DNA from: Pseudomonadota bacterium
GTDB lineage: Bacteria > Pseudomonadota > Alphaproteobacteria > Sphingomonadales > Sphingomonadaceae
DNA length: 64,000 bases
Assembly (NCBI GenBank): GCA_039186235.1
Contig: JBCDAE010000003.1
Span: forward strand, 65,934-129,933
Reading direction: 5' to 3'
Below the pieces are notes generated by a model. That model had not been told where the DNA came from and ran no database searches. It worked only from the letters and a program-made list of their open reading frames with translations. The translations under genes and the position numbers were made by a program. The number at the start of each line of letters is the position of its first letter. The stretch's first letter is position 1. Shown here piece after piece: positions 19,640 through 29,757 of this stretch.

Positions 19640-21439
19640 ATGCTGGCTTACCCATCCTATCACGCGATCGCCGCAATGGCGGTGACCGTTGCGATGTTTA
19701 TCGCCTTTGCCCGCGGGCGCCTTTCAATCGAAATCATCAGCCTTCTGACTATCGCGGTCATCGCTGTCGGGCTGTATTTCTTTCCGCTCGAAGGGGCCAA
19801 ACCCATTGACGGCTTGGCGCTCGCCTTCGGGGGCTTTGGCCATTACGCGCTCATCACGATTTGTGCCCTGATGATAATGGGACGAGGGTTGGTGGTCACC
19901 GGTGCTTTGGACCCGGCGGCGCGCGTGCTGGAGCGATTGTTTCGCTATAACATACAGTTAGGTCTGCTGTTTTCGCTAGTCATCGCGCTTGTGCTGTCGA
20001 TGTTCGTCAACAACACGCCGGTCCTGGTGCTGATGATCCCGATTTTCGCAGCGCTGGCGCAACGCGGCGCGTTGGCGACCTCCAAAACCCTGATGCCATT
20101 GAACGCGGCCTCGCTGATTGGCGGGCTGGCAACAACCATCGGCACGTCGACCAACATTCTGGTGGTGTCTATCGCGGTCGATCTCGGCATGCGCGAGATA
20201 GGCGTGTTCGATTTCACCCCGATCGTCCTGATCGCCGCCTTGGTGGCGCTGCCTTACATGTGGCTCGTCATGCCGAGATTGCTGAACGACAACCGCACCG
20301 AGACGCAGGCCGCGGCGCGCCAGTTTCACACGCGTTTGCGCGTCGGAACAAATTCCGTTTTGGCCGGAAAGGAATTGTGGGAAGTTGAGGAAAAGCTTCC
20401 CAAGGGGATAACGCTGCACAGCGCGCCAAAAGGAGTGCTCCAGCCGCAGCAGCAATTGCACATCTCGGGCAGCCACGAAGCGCTGGAAGACGCCACGCGC
20501 GAGTTGAAAGGGCAGTTGGCGCCGAACTGGGTTCTCGACCGGATCAAGCGGACCGCTTCGGCCGAGGGCGACGATGTGATGGTGTTCGAGATGACCGTCA
20601 CAGCGGATTCGCGGCTTATCACCCGGACGCTTCCCAGCTCTGGTATAGCCGATCTTTACGGTGTGGCGGTGCTGGGTATTCACCGGCCCGAACGCTTGCT
20701 GGGTGAGAAAGACCAATACTCCGACGGCGGCGACCTACGCATCGCGGAAGGCGATGTGCTTCTGGTCATGGGGCTTGAGGCCGATCTTCAAACCTTCGCG
20801 CGCAGCGACAGTCTGCTGATGCTGGACGGCGCGCGCGAATTGCCGCGACGATCAAAGGCGTTTCTGGCCGCCGCGATCATGGCCTTTTCGGTCGTCACCG
20901 CGGCGACTGGTTTTCTACCGATTGCGATTTCGGCGCTTGCTGGTTCGATCCTAATGTTCGTGACGGGTTGTGTGAAGTTCGACCGGGTGGGCAGGGCGCT
21001 GTCGGGGCAGGTCATTGTGCTCGTGGCGGCCAGTATCGCCATTGGGCGCGTGATCGACGAAAGTGGAGCAGCCGCCTGGCTAGGGGAAGTTCTCGGGCTG
21101 GGTCTGGCTTTCTTGCCGCCCGCGCTAGTGCTTGCCGCGATCATGGCGTTTGTCACCTTCATCACAAATTTCGCGTCGAACGCGACAGCGGCGACGGTGG
21201 GCACGCCCATCGCCTTTAGCATTGCGACACAGCTTGGCATTTCACCCGAGCCGCTGATCCTTGCCGTGCTGTTCGGCTGCAACCTCTGTTACGCGACGCC
21301 CATCGCCTATCAGACCAACATGCTGATCATGTCCGAGGGTTCGTACGAATTTGCCGATTACATCCGGACCGGGGTTCCACTGGTGGCGCTGATGGTCACG
21401 GTTTTGTCGATCTTATTGGTGGTCTTCTACGGGTTATAA
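19640..21439 (+). CDS. SLC13/DASS family permease with TrkA-C domain
   Basis: SMFVNNT, TTIGTSTNI, TNFASNATAA, YATPIAYQTN; central soluble domain. Confidence 0.9.
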   Translation: MLAYPSYHAIAAMAVTVAMFIAFARGRLSIEIISLLTIAVIAVGLYFFPLEGAKPIDGLALAFGGFGHYALITICALMIMGRGLVVTGALDPAARVLERLFRYNIQLGLLFSLVIALVLSMFVNNTPVLVLMIPIFAALAQRGALATSKTLMPLNAASLIGGLATTIGTSTNILVVSIAVDLGMREIGVFDFTPIVLIAALVALPYMWLVMPRLLNDNRTETQAAARQFHTRLRVGTNSVLAGKELWEVEEKLPKGITLHSAPKGVLQPQQQLHISGSHEALEDATRELKGQLAPNWVLDRIKRTASAEGDDVMVFEMTVTADSRLITRTLPSSGIADLYGVAVLGIHRPERLLGEKDQYSDGGDLRIAEGDVLLVMGLEADLQTFARSDSLLMLDGARELPRRSKAFLAAAIMAFSVVTAATGFLPIAISALAGSILMFVTGCVKFDRVGRALSGQVIVLVAASIAIGRVIDESGAAAWLGEVLGLGLAFLPPALVLAAIMAFVTFITNFASNATAATVGTPIAFSIATQLGISPEPLILAVLFGCNLCYATPIAYQTNMLIMSEGSYEFADYIRTGVPLVALMVTVLSILLVVFYGL

Positions 21440-21595
21440 TGTCGTTTCAACGCGCCATAAGCTGCGTTGGCGCCTCCCAAAAGATAACGACCGCCAAGAC
21501 GCTGATCACCAGCGTAATGACGGTCGTCTTCTCCTCCCCAGGAGAAGTGATGATCTGTTGTATTCCCCCGGTCAGCCGAAGCTGGCCTGAAAGCG

Positions 21596-21793
21596 TCAAG
21601 CGCTCGGGACGTAAGTGCCCAGGCGGTGGTGCAACGCGTTGATTTTGGCGAGTTCCTCGCGGTCCTCTGTGGTCCGCGCGTGGCTTTCCAGAGCGCGGCG
21701 CAGCAGCTTCATATCCGCGGTCGAAAGGAGGGCGCGAGCGCGTCCGGGTTCTGCTGGCTTGGGGGTGGCGTTTTGCGTGTCGGTGTCGCTCAT
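21596..21793 (-). CDS. Small hypothetical protein
   Basis: 65 aa with GGGAGA RBS; fills the gap downstream of aceA. Confidence 0.65.
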   Translation of the reverse strand: MSDTDTQNATPKPAEPGRARALLSTADMKLLRRALESHARTTEDREELAKINALHHRLGTYVPSA

Positions 21794-21909
21794 CAATTCT
21801 CTCCCTGGGATCACGAAAAAGGGACCGGTGATCCTACAGTGTTTGCGATGGCAGAGCGTTCCCACGGGGCCGCATCATATGCAACCCCGTGAACAACGCT
21901 GAACCCAAA

Positions 21910-23508
21910 TTACGCCGCGGCGAACTGGTTCATGGTGTTGTCTTTACCGCCCGCTTTCAAAGCGGCTTCACCGGCGAAGTACTCTTTGTGATCATCGCCG
22001 ATGTCGCTGCCGGCCATGTTCTGGTGCTTCACGCAGGCGATGCCCTGACGGATTTCCTCACGCTGAACGTTCAGGACGTAGCCGAGCATGGCTTCTTCGC
22101 CGAAGTAACGCTTGGCGAGGTTATCCGTGCTGAGCGCCGCGGTGTGGTAGGTCGGCAGGGTGATGAGGTGGTGGAAGATGCCCGCGCGTTTCGAGGCGTC
22201 GGCCTGGAAGGTGCGGATCTTCTCATCGGCCTCGGCGGCGAGCTCGGTGCTGTCGTAATCGACGCTCATCAGCTTGGCGCGATCGTAGCCTGACACGTCC
22301 TTGCCGGCTTCTTCCCAGGCATCAAACACTTGCTGACGGAAGTTCAGCGTCCAGTTGAAGCTCGGCGAGTTGTTGTAGACGAGCTTGGCGTTGGGCACCG
22401 TTTCGCGCACGCGGTCGACCATTTCGGCGATCTGCTCAACGTGGGGCTTCTCGGTCTCGATCCACAGTAGGTCCGCGCCGTTCTGGAGCGAAGTGACGCA
22501 GTCGAGCACGACGCGGTCCACACCGGTGCCAGCGCGGAACTGGTATAGGTTTGAGGGCAGACGCTTGGGTTCAAGCAGTTGACCGTCGCGGCTGATGTAA
22601 ACCTGGCCGTTCTTGATATTGGCCGGATCGACCGGATCGGCGTCGATAAAGCTGTTGTACTGGTCGCCCAAGTCGCCCGGCTCGGTCGAGTAGGCGATTT
22701 GCTTGGTGAGGCCGGCGCCCAGCGAGTCGGTGCGCGCCACAATGATGCCATCGTCCACACCCAGCTCAAGGAAGGCGTGGCGGCAGGCGCGGATCTTCTG
22801 GATGAAGTCTTCGTGCGGGACGGTGACCTTGCCGTCCTGGTGGCCGCACTGTTTCTCGTCCGACACCTGGTTTTCGATTTGCAGCGCGCAGGCGCCCGCT
22901 TCGATCATTTTCTTGGCAAGCAGATAGGTCGCTTCCGCGTTGCCGAAGCCCGCGTCGATGTCGGCGATGATCGGAACAACGTGCGTTTCGTAGTTGTCGA
23001 TCTGGTTGGTGAGGTCTTGCGCCTTCACTTCGTCGCCCGCTTCACGTGCGGCGTCGAGTTCGCGGAACATACCGCCCAGCTCGCGCGCATCGGCCTGCTT
23101 GAGGAAGGTGTAGAGTTCTTCGATCAGCATCGGCACAGAGGTTTTCTCGTGCATGGATTGGTCGGGAAGGGGGCCAAACTCGCTGCGCAGCGCGGCGACC
23201 ATCCAGCCCGAAAGATAGAGGTACCGCTTCTTGGTGGAGCCGAAGTGCTTCTTGATCGAGATCATCTTCTGCTGACCGATAAAACCATGCCAGCAGCCCA
23301 GGGACTGCGTGTAGTCCGCCGGGTTAGCGTCGTACGCTTCCATATCGGCGCGCATGATCTTGGCGGTGTATTTCGCGATGTCGAGGCCGGTGTTAAAGCG
23401 GTTTTGGAGAACCATGCGCGCCGCGCTTTCGGGATCGATGGCGGCCCAGCCTGCGCCGTTTGCCTCGACAAGGCTGCGCATTTGGCTGATAGTTTCGTTG
23501 TACGACAT
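21910..23508 (-). CDS. aceA: Isocitrate lyase
   Basis: KQCGHQDGK catalytic loop, PIIADIDAGFG, ARTD, YNNSPSFNW. Confidence 0.97.
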   Translation of the reverse strand: MSYNETISQMRSLVEANGAGWAAIDPESAARMVLQNRFNTGLDIAKYTAKIMRADMEAYDANPADYTQSLGCWHGFIGQQKMISIKKHFGSTKKRYLYLSGWMVAALRSEFGPLPDQSMHEKTSVPMLIEELYTFLKQADARELGGMFRELDAAREAGDEVKAQDLTNQIDNYETHVVPIIADIDAGFGNAEATYLLAKKMIEAGACALQIENQVSDEKQCGHQDGKVTVPHEDFIQKIRACRHAFLELGVDDGIIVARTDSLGAGLTKQIAYSTEPGDLGDQYNSFIDADPVDPANIKNGQVYISRDGQLLEPKRLPSNLYQFRAGTGVDRVVLDCVTSLQNGADLLWIETEKPHVEQIAEMVDRVRETVPNAKLVYNNSPSFNWTLNFRQQVFDAWEEAGKDVSGYDRAKLMSVDYDSTELAAEADEKIRTFQADASKRAGIFHHLITLPTYHTAALSTDNLAKRYFGEEAMLGYVLNVQREEIRQGIACVKHQNMAGSDIGDDHKEYFAGEAALKAGGKDNTMNQFAAA

Positions 23509-23549
23509 GGGTGTTCTCCATTTTCATGAATTGGGGAGGTGATGTGAGC

Positions 23550-23654
23550 GCGTTGCAATATTGCAGCGCATCATAACAGGAAAATTTGCATACTTTCGTG
23601 TCAGTATCCGGCGAAATGGGCTTGATCTTGTGTCAATGTGTAAATTTATTTACA
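23550..23654. promoter_or_regulatory. Palindromes in the divergent aceA/ramB intergenic region
   Basis: TGCAATATTGCA (23554-23565) and TGTAAAT-TT-ATTTACA (23639-23654). Confidence 0.5.
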
Positions 23655-23664
23655 AGCTGAGATC

Positions 23665-24942
23665 ATGTCTGATTCAGCTCTACTCGCCGGTCCCTCCCTG
23701 CGCCGCCTCCGCAAACGCGAAGGTCTAACCCAAGCCGCGATGGCCGCCTCGCTGGGCATATCCCCCAGCTATCTCAATCTCATCGAACGAAACCAGCGAC
23801 CGCTTTCTGCGCGCGTGTTGGTGCAGGTGATTGAACGTTTTGACTTTGATCCCAGTTCGTTGCGCGAAGACGAGGCGATCGGCGGCGTGGACGGACTGGT
23901 CCGCCGTATGGCGGATAAGCGCTTTGCGGACCTAGGTATCGATCGCGAGGAGGTGCAGGAGTTCCTATCCGCGGCTCCGCAGGCGGCGGCGGCTTTTGCC
24001 CGTCTCTATGATAATTCGCATCCAGACACCGAGCGCGTGGAAGATCCCGCAGGCGAAGCTCGCCGGGCGATCGAAAGATGGCAAAACCATTTTGCCGATC
24101 TCGATCATTCGGCCGAGGATTTGGCGGATGAGCTGCGCCTTTCGCGCGGTGATATCAGCGCCGCCCTGATTGAACGCTTACGCGAAAAGCACCGCCTCAC
24201 CGTCCGCACTTTGCCTGCGGATGTTGTGCCCGGCCTCGTGCATCGGCTCGACCTGCATGCGCGGCAATTGCAATTGTCGGAAATGCTTGGCGGGGCCGCG
24301 CGACGGTTCCAGATTGCGCGTCAGATCGCCAGTCTGGAATACCGCGATGCGATTGACACTTTGGTTGGGGGCGCGGGCCTCTCCTCAGCCGAAGCCCGGC
24401 AGATATTCCGGGATCATGTTACCGAATACGTCGCACACGCGCTTTTGATGCCCTATCGACGGTTTTTACGAGCGTGCGAGCAAACCAGTTACGATCTCAC
24501 CATCCTTGTTCGGCGCTTTACGGTGAGTTTTGACCAGCTGGCACAGCGGCTCACAACTATGCAGCGCGTCGGAGAACGTGGACTACCCTTCTTCTGCGCG
24601 CATTTTGATCGCGCGGGCTCTATGCTGCACTTTACAGCTGGTGCCAGCGGTGCCGTCTATCCTTTGGAAGGCGTTCGACGCCCTCAATGGGTCCCCTACG
24701 CCACCTTTGAGAGGCGCGGAGCTTTGCTCACGCAGTTCGTGACTTTTGGCGAGGGGGAGGCGGCCCCAAGGCAATGGTTCAACCTTGCCCGTACCATTGA
24801 GGATGACGGCGTAGCCTTTTACTCTCGGCGAGCCATTGTCCTTGGCCTTGAGGCGCGGTTTTCGGAGCAGTTGGTCCAGTCTCAGGGAATTGCGCTCGGG
24901 CCTCTTGATACTTCGGGGCTTGAAGCGGAGCTGTCGCGCTAG
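23665..24942 (+). CDS. XRE-family short-chain acyl-CoA regulator (RamB/ScfR-like)
   Basis: N-terminal HTH (ISPSYLNLIERNQRPLS), LLMPYRRF, QLAQRLTTMQR; divergent from aceA. Confidence 0.88.
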   Translation: MSDSALLAGPSLRRLRKREGLTQAAMAASLGISPSYLNLIERNQRPLSARVLVQVIERFDFDPSSLREDEAIGGVDGLVRRMADKRFADLGIDREEVQEFLSAAPQAAAAFARLYDNSHPDTERVEDPAGEARRAIERWQNHFADLDHSAEDLADELRLSRGDISAALIERLREKHRLTVRTLPADVVPGLVHRLDLHARQLQLSEMLGGAARRFQIARQIASLEYRDAIDTLVGGAGLSSAEARQIFRDHVTEYVAHALLMPYRRFLRACEQTSYDLTILVRRFTVSFDQLAQRLTTMQRVGERGLPFFCAHFDRAGSMLHFTAGASGAVYPLEGVRRPQWVPYATFERRGALLTQFVTFGEGEAAPRQWFNLARTIEDDGVAFYSRRAIVLGLEARFSEQLVQSQGIALGPLDTSGLEAELSR

Positions 24943-25209
24943 GCTTACAGCACCATTTCGCCGGTCGCGCGGTGAAGCGTAACCGTCGCGTTAACCCTGC
25001 AACGCTTGATAACTTCGGCCTTTTGAGCTGGGCTGTAAAGTTTACCGACACTTAAGCTCTCGCTGATATTCAGAGGTCAAGGAAGGCCTTTTGCGAGCTG
25101 TTGGTCACGCCATGATTGTTCTTGCTGCAACCGCTTTTAAAGAAACGTGCTGTGCGCGTCGATTGGCGCTGCAAAAGTGGCGCGCGCGGTTCAACGGCAG
25201 GGTGTGAGC

Positions 25210-27351
25210 ATGGTCGCGGACAGCCTCTCAGGCTTCGAACTCAGCCTCGCTTTCGAGACCTTCGCCTATTTCGCCGGAGCGGTTCTGGCGCTGGGCGCGG
25301 GCCTTTGGGTGGCACGTTTCGGCGACCGCGATCGGCCTGATCGTCCTGCGGCGTTGATGGTCTGCGGTGTAACAGCAATTTGGTGCGCCTTAGTGTTGCT
25401 GCAGGGCACGGATCACCCAGGGGCCGTGTTTGCTGGTAGCCTGCGTAACTTCGCTTTCCTTTTTCTCATTTTGAGGATGTTTGCAGCGGATGGACGCGAC
25501 GAGAGCCTGCGTCCCATCCGGCCCTTGCTCATTACCCTCACTCTGGTCGAGTGCTTCCAACCGCTCCTGCTTGTCATAGCGGCTCGTGTTGCGTTGGTCC
25601 CGGAACTCGTTGTTCTCACGTACGAGGTTTCCCTGGTCCTAAACCTGCTTGTGGCCGTTGGCGCCCTTATGCTTTTGCATAACTTGTACGCTGGCGCCGC
25701 TGCATCCTCGCGCGAGATTTTGCGATGGGGAGCCGTGGGCGCAGCGGGCGTCTTCGCCTTTGACCTTAATCTGTTCACTATCAGCTATCTCTCAGGGGAA
25801 AGCCCGGAATTCCTGTTTGGTCTGCGTGGGCTTTTTTGTGGGATCATGGCTGTCTTTCTAGCGCTGGGTGGCAACGCCCAAAGTGCTGGAATCCAGTTTC
25901 GCCCGAGTCGCGCCGTCACGTTTCAAACGCTTTCGCTCTTGTTCATTGGCACATATGTGTTGCTGATGGTGCTGGTGACGCGTTCGCTCTCCCTTATCGG
26001 GGGCGACGTCGCGCCAGCCAGCCAGATCGTATTCCTTGCCATTGCTGTGGTCCTGGCGGTCTTTTGGATTCCGTCGCAGCGACTTCGAGGTCTGGTCCGC
26101 GTCACGCTCGCAAAACACCTTTTCCAGCATCGCTACGATTATCGTGAGGAGTGGCTTCGTTTCACACGAACGGTGGGACGCGGCTCTATCGCGAGCGCGA
26201 GTTTTCACGAGCGCGCTATCCAAGCCATTGCGGACATAACCGATAGCCCCGCCGGCCTGCTATTGATCCCTAACGAAGAAGCGCAGCTTGAACTGACGCA
26301 GCGCTGGAATTGGCCGATGATTGAGGTGCCAGCTATAGCCGGCGAGTATGGGCTGTGCGGCCTCTTGGAACGGCACAACCACATACTGGATCTGGATGAA
26401 GCGCGCGGCGGCGTCGATCATCATGGCGAGTTGGTTGAAGTGCCTGAATGGCTGTTCGAAGCGGATGATGCATGGGCGCTTGTTCCGCTGATCCATTATG
26501 ATCGGTTGGTCGGATGCATCGTACTCGCGCGGCCGCGAATCACCCGACGGCTCGACTGGGAAGATTTTGATCTCTTGCGGGTCGTGGGCCAGCAGCTCGC
26601 GAGCTATCTCGCCGAACAGGCCGGGCAACAAGCTTTGATGGACGCAAGCCGATTTGATGAATTCAATCGCCGGATGGCGTTCGTGATGCACGACATCAAG
26701 AACCTGGCCAGCCAGCTTTCGCTACTCGCCGCGAACGCGCAAAAACACGCCGAAAACCCCGAGTTCCGGGCAGATATGCTGGTTACACTGCGCAAGTCGT
26801 CCGAGAAGTTGAATGCGCTTCTTGCGCGATTGGGCCGATATGGCTCGGGCCCGGTGGATGCGATCGGAGAAATTGATCTGGCGGACATAGCAAGGGCGTT
26901 AGAGAAACGATTCGAACCGAGCCATCCTGTGGTCGTTACGTCGACTAAATCAGCCACTGTTTTGGCTGATGCAGAGGCTCTGGAGCAGGCCTTAATCCAC
27001 CTCGTGCAAAACGCCATCGATGCCAGCGAAGGAGACTCGCCCATTCACATCTCGGTGGCCGGCGACGCCTTGCAAGGCTGCCTCGATATTGTTGACGCTG
27101 GCTGCGGTATGTCGCCCGAATTCGTGCGCACCGGTCTGTTCAAGCCGTTCGTGTCCTCAAAGCAAGGCGGTTTCGGCATAGGTGCGTTCGAAGCGCGCGA
27201 GATGATCAAGGCGATGGGCGGCCGCCTGCAAGTCGAATCGAGAGAGGGAGTGGGCACGCGCTTTTCTGTCCAGCTTCCGGCGCCAGAGGCCGTTCGCATC
27301 GCAACTTCCAACGCGGTACCAATATCCGCATCCTCCAGAGAGGTGGCCTGA
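25210..27351 (+). CDS. prsK: PEP-CTERM/XrtA system histidine kinase
   Basis: Multi-TM N-terminus, HRYDYREEWLRF, GAF domain, AFVMHDIKN H-box, GFGIGAFE. Confidence 0.92.
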   Translation: MVADSLSGFELSLAFETFAYFAGAVLALGAGLWVARFGDRDRPDRPAALMVCGVTAIWCALVLLQGTDHPGAVFAGSLRNFAFLFLILRMFAADGRDESLRPIRPLLITLTLVECFQPLLLVIAARVALVPELVVLTYEVSLVLNLLVAVGALMLLHNLYAGAAASSREILRWGAVGAAGVFAFDLNLFTISYLSGESPEFLFGLRGLFCGIMAVFLALGGNAQSAGIQFRPSRAVTFQTLSLLFIGTYVLLMVLVTRSLSLIGGDVAPASQIVFLAIAVVLAVFWIPSQRLRGLVRVTLAKHLFQHRYDYREEWLRFTRTVGRGSIASASFHERAIQAIADITDSPAGLLLIPNEEAQLELTQRWNWPMIEVPAIAGEYGLCGLLERHNHILDLDEARGGVDHHGELVEVPEWLFEADDAWALVPLIHYDRLVGCIVLARPRITRRLDWEDFDLLRVVGQQLASYLAEQAGQQALMDASRFDEFNRRMAFVMHDIKNLASQLSLLAANAQKHAENPEFRADMLVTLRKSSEKLNALLARLGRYGSGPVDAIGEIDLADIARALEKRFEPSHPVVVTSTKSATVLADAEALEQALIHLVQNAIDASEGDSPIHISVAGDALQGCLDIVDAGCGMSPEFVRTGLFKPFVSSKQGGFGIGAFEAREMIKAMGGRLQVESREGVGTRFSVQLPAPEAVRIATSNAVPISASSREVA

Positions 27352-27352
27352 T

Positions 27353-28717
27353 ATGGCTGACAAGAAACCCACATTGCTGATCGTTGAAGATGATGAAGGC
27401 CTGCAAGCGCAGCTCAAATGGGCGTATGACGATTTCGAAGTCGCCATCGCCAGTGATCGTGACAGCGCCATGACGGCGCTGCGAAGCGAGGAACCCGCCG
27501 TCGTGACACTGGATCTGGGACTTCCGCCAGATCCCGATGGCACAACCGAAGGCTTCGCTGTGCTTGATGCGATTATGGAACTGAAGCCAGATACCAAGGT
27601 CATCGTCGCGAGCGGCCACGGCGCGCGTGAAAGCGCTCTACAGGCGATCGATCGCGGCGCGTACGATTTCTATCAGAAGCCGCTGGATATTGAGGCGCTG
27701 GGCCTGATTGTGCGCCGCGCGTTTAACCTGCACGAAATTGAGGGCGAGAATCGCCGCCTTGTGGCCAATGCAAGCGAGGACAAAACGGTTCTGGGCAAAC
27801 TCATCACGGGCGCACCTGAAATGGTCAAGGTGGCCCGCACGATTGAGCGTGTGGCGTCTACGAGCGTATCGGTCATGCTGCTCGGTGCGAGCGGAACCGG
27901 CAAAGAACTGCTCGCGCAAGGTCTGCACAATGCAAGCGATCGGGCCGATGGACCCTTTGTAGCGATCAACTGCGCCGCGATCCCGGAAAACTTGCTGGAA
28001 AGCGAGCTGTTCGGTCACGAAAAGGGCGCTTTTACTGGCGCGGTCAAAACCACCGAAGGCAAGATCGAAAGCGCGCATGGTGGCACGCTGTTTCTCGATG
28101 AGGTCGGGGACATTCCTTTGCCCTTGCAGGTCAAACTGCTGCGTTTTCTTCAAGAACGCACAATCGAGCGTATTGGTGGGCGCAAGACTATCCCGGTCGA
28201 CACACGCATTGTGTGCGCCACCCATCAAGACCTTGAGAGCATGATCGGTGACGGAAGATTCCGCGAAGACTTGTTCTATCGTTTGGCGGAGATTGTGGTG
28301 CGCATTCCGGGTCTGGCTGAGCGGCACGGTGACGCGGTTCTGCTCGCCAAGGCGTTCCTCAAGCGCTTTGCTAGCGAGATGAACCCGGCGGTGACTGGTT
28401 TTGCGCCGGATGCGTTGACCGCGATTGACGCGCATGAATGGCCCGGCAACGTGCGCGAGCTGGAAAACCGGGTGAAGCGGGCGGTCATCATGGCCGACGG
28501 TAAACTGGTCCATGCCGAAGATCTCGATTTCGATGATGACCAAGAGGAAGCCAGTGATGTGCTCAACCTTAAGGTTGCGCGCGAACAGGCCGATCGCCGT
28601 GTCATCCGTCACGCATTGGCGCGCAGCGAGGGCAACATATCAAGCACGGCCAAGATGCTCGGAATCAGCCGGCCAACGCTGTATGACCTGCTCAAGCAAT
28701 ACGATTTGCATGCCTGA
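27353..28717 (+). CDS. prsR: PEP-CTERM-box sigma54 response regulator
   Basis: REC with [33 protein letters not shown], Fis HTH; follows prsK. Confidence 0.93.
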   Translation: MADKKPTLLIVEDDEGLQAQLKWAYDDFEVAIASDRDSAMTALRSEEPAVVTLDLGLPPDPDGTTEGFAVLDAIMELKPDTKVIVASGHGARESALQAIDRGAYDFYQKPLDIEALGLIVRRAFNLHEIEGENRRLVANASEDKTVLGKLITGAPEMVKVARTIERVASTSVSVMLLGASGTGKELLAQGLHNASDRADGPFVAINCAAIPENLLESELFGHEKGAFTGAVKTTEGKIESAHGGTLFLDEVGDIPLPLQVKLLRFLQERTIERIGGRKTIPVDTRIVCATHQDLESMIGDGRFREDLFYRLAEIVVRIPGLAERHGDAVLLAKAFLKRFASEMNPAVTGFAPDALTAIDAHEWPGNVRELENRVKRAVIMADGKLVHAEDLDFDDDQEEASDVLNLKVAREQADRRVIRHALARSEGNISSTAKMLGISRPTLYDLLKQYDLHA

Positions 28718-28791
28718 TTAGACAGATGGGTGGGCCGGCCTGCTGTGTCCGGTCTCGACATTTGACAAGGTGAAGGGCAGGGGAGCGCGCC

Positions 28792-29757
28792 ATGCTAGCG
28801 CGCCTAAAGCTTCTTGCCGATCCCATGATCGCCGTCCTGCTGGTCGCCACGGCCTTGGCGCTTGTTGTACCGGCCACAGGCGATGCCCGCACGACGGCTC
28901 AAGTGATCTCGAGTGTCGCGATTTTCATTCTCTTTCTAGTCAACGGGATGCGCATTGCGCGCAGTGAAATCGCCAAGGGTCTGGCCAATTGGCGCTTCTT
29001 TGCCCCGCTTTTCCTGTGGGTGTTCGGGGTTATGTCGCTCGCCGGTTGGGGGTTAGGGGCGCTCGCCGCCGGTGCACTGCCACCCCTTGTGGCGCTGGGT
29101 TTTGTCTATCTCGGTGTCCTGCCTTCGACGATCCAATCCGCCACGTCCTACACCACACTCGCCAACGGCAACGCGGCGCTTTCGGTTGTTGGTGCGGCTT
29201 TGATCAACATAGCGGGTGTCTTCATTTCCGCCCCTCTGTTCGCCTTCTTGGGCGGTGAGAGCGGGGCCAACATCGGCCACGAGATGATTGTGCGTATCGC
29301 CGTCATTCTCGTGCTGCCGTTCCTGATCGGGCAGGCGGTTCAGGGGTGGACGCGCGATTGGATCGTGGAACGAAAGACACGCGTTGTCTGGCTTGATAGG
29401 ATTGTGATTGGCATCGCGGTGTATGTCGCCTTCTCCGGCGCGGTCGAAGAGGGGCTGACAACCCTGTTTTCAGCGCTCGATTGGGCGGTGTTGTTTGGAC
29501 TGGTTGTGGTGTTTCTGGTCTTCGCTACCATCGGCGCTTGGTCGGTGAGCGGCGCGCTGGGATACGCAAAGCAAGATCGGATCGCGTTTCTGTTTGCGGC
29601 TGTTCAAAAGAGCGTGGCGATTGGCGCGCCTCTCGCGGCCATTCTGTTTCCCGCCGAAGTCGCCGGCTTTGTGATCGCCCCGCTGCTGCTCTATCACCTG
29701 CTCCAGTTGATGTGGGCGGCGCCACTCGCGACTATGTTTGCGCGGTCGCCGAGTTAG
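28792..29757 (+). CDS. Bile acid:sodium symporter family protein
   Basis: LPSTIQSA, QKSVAIGAPLA, about 9 TM segments. Confidence 0.88.
   Translation: MLARLKLLADPMIAVLLVATALALVVPATGDARTTAQVISSVAIFILFLVNGMRIARSEIAKGLANWRFFAPLFLWVFGVMSLAGWGLGALAAGALPPLVALGFVYLGVLPSTIQSATSYTTLANGNAALSVVGAALINIAGVFISAPLFAFLGGESGANIGHEMIVRIAVILVLPFLIGQAVQGWTRDWIVERKTRVVWLDRIVIGIAVYVAFSGAVEEGLTTLFSALDWAVLFGLVVVFLVFATIGAWSVSGALGYAKQDRIAFLFAAVQKSVAIGAPLAAILFPAEVAGFVIAPLLLYHLLQLMWAAPLATMFARSPS

Noticed and set aside
29732-29757. 26-bp convergent overlap of the symporter and DUF475 genes
   Set aside because: Short tail overlaps are routine in compact genomes
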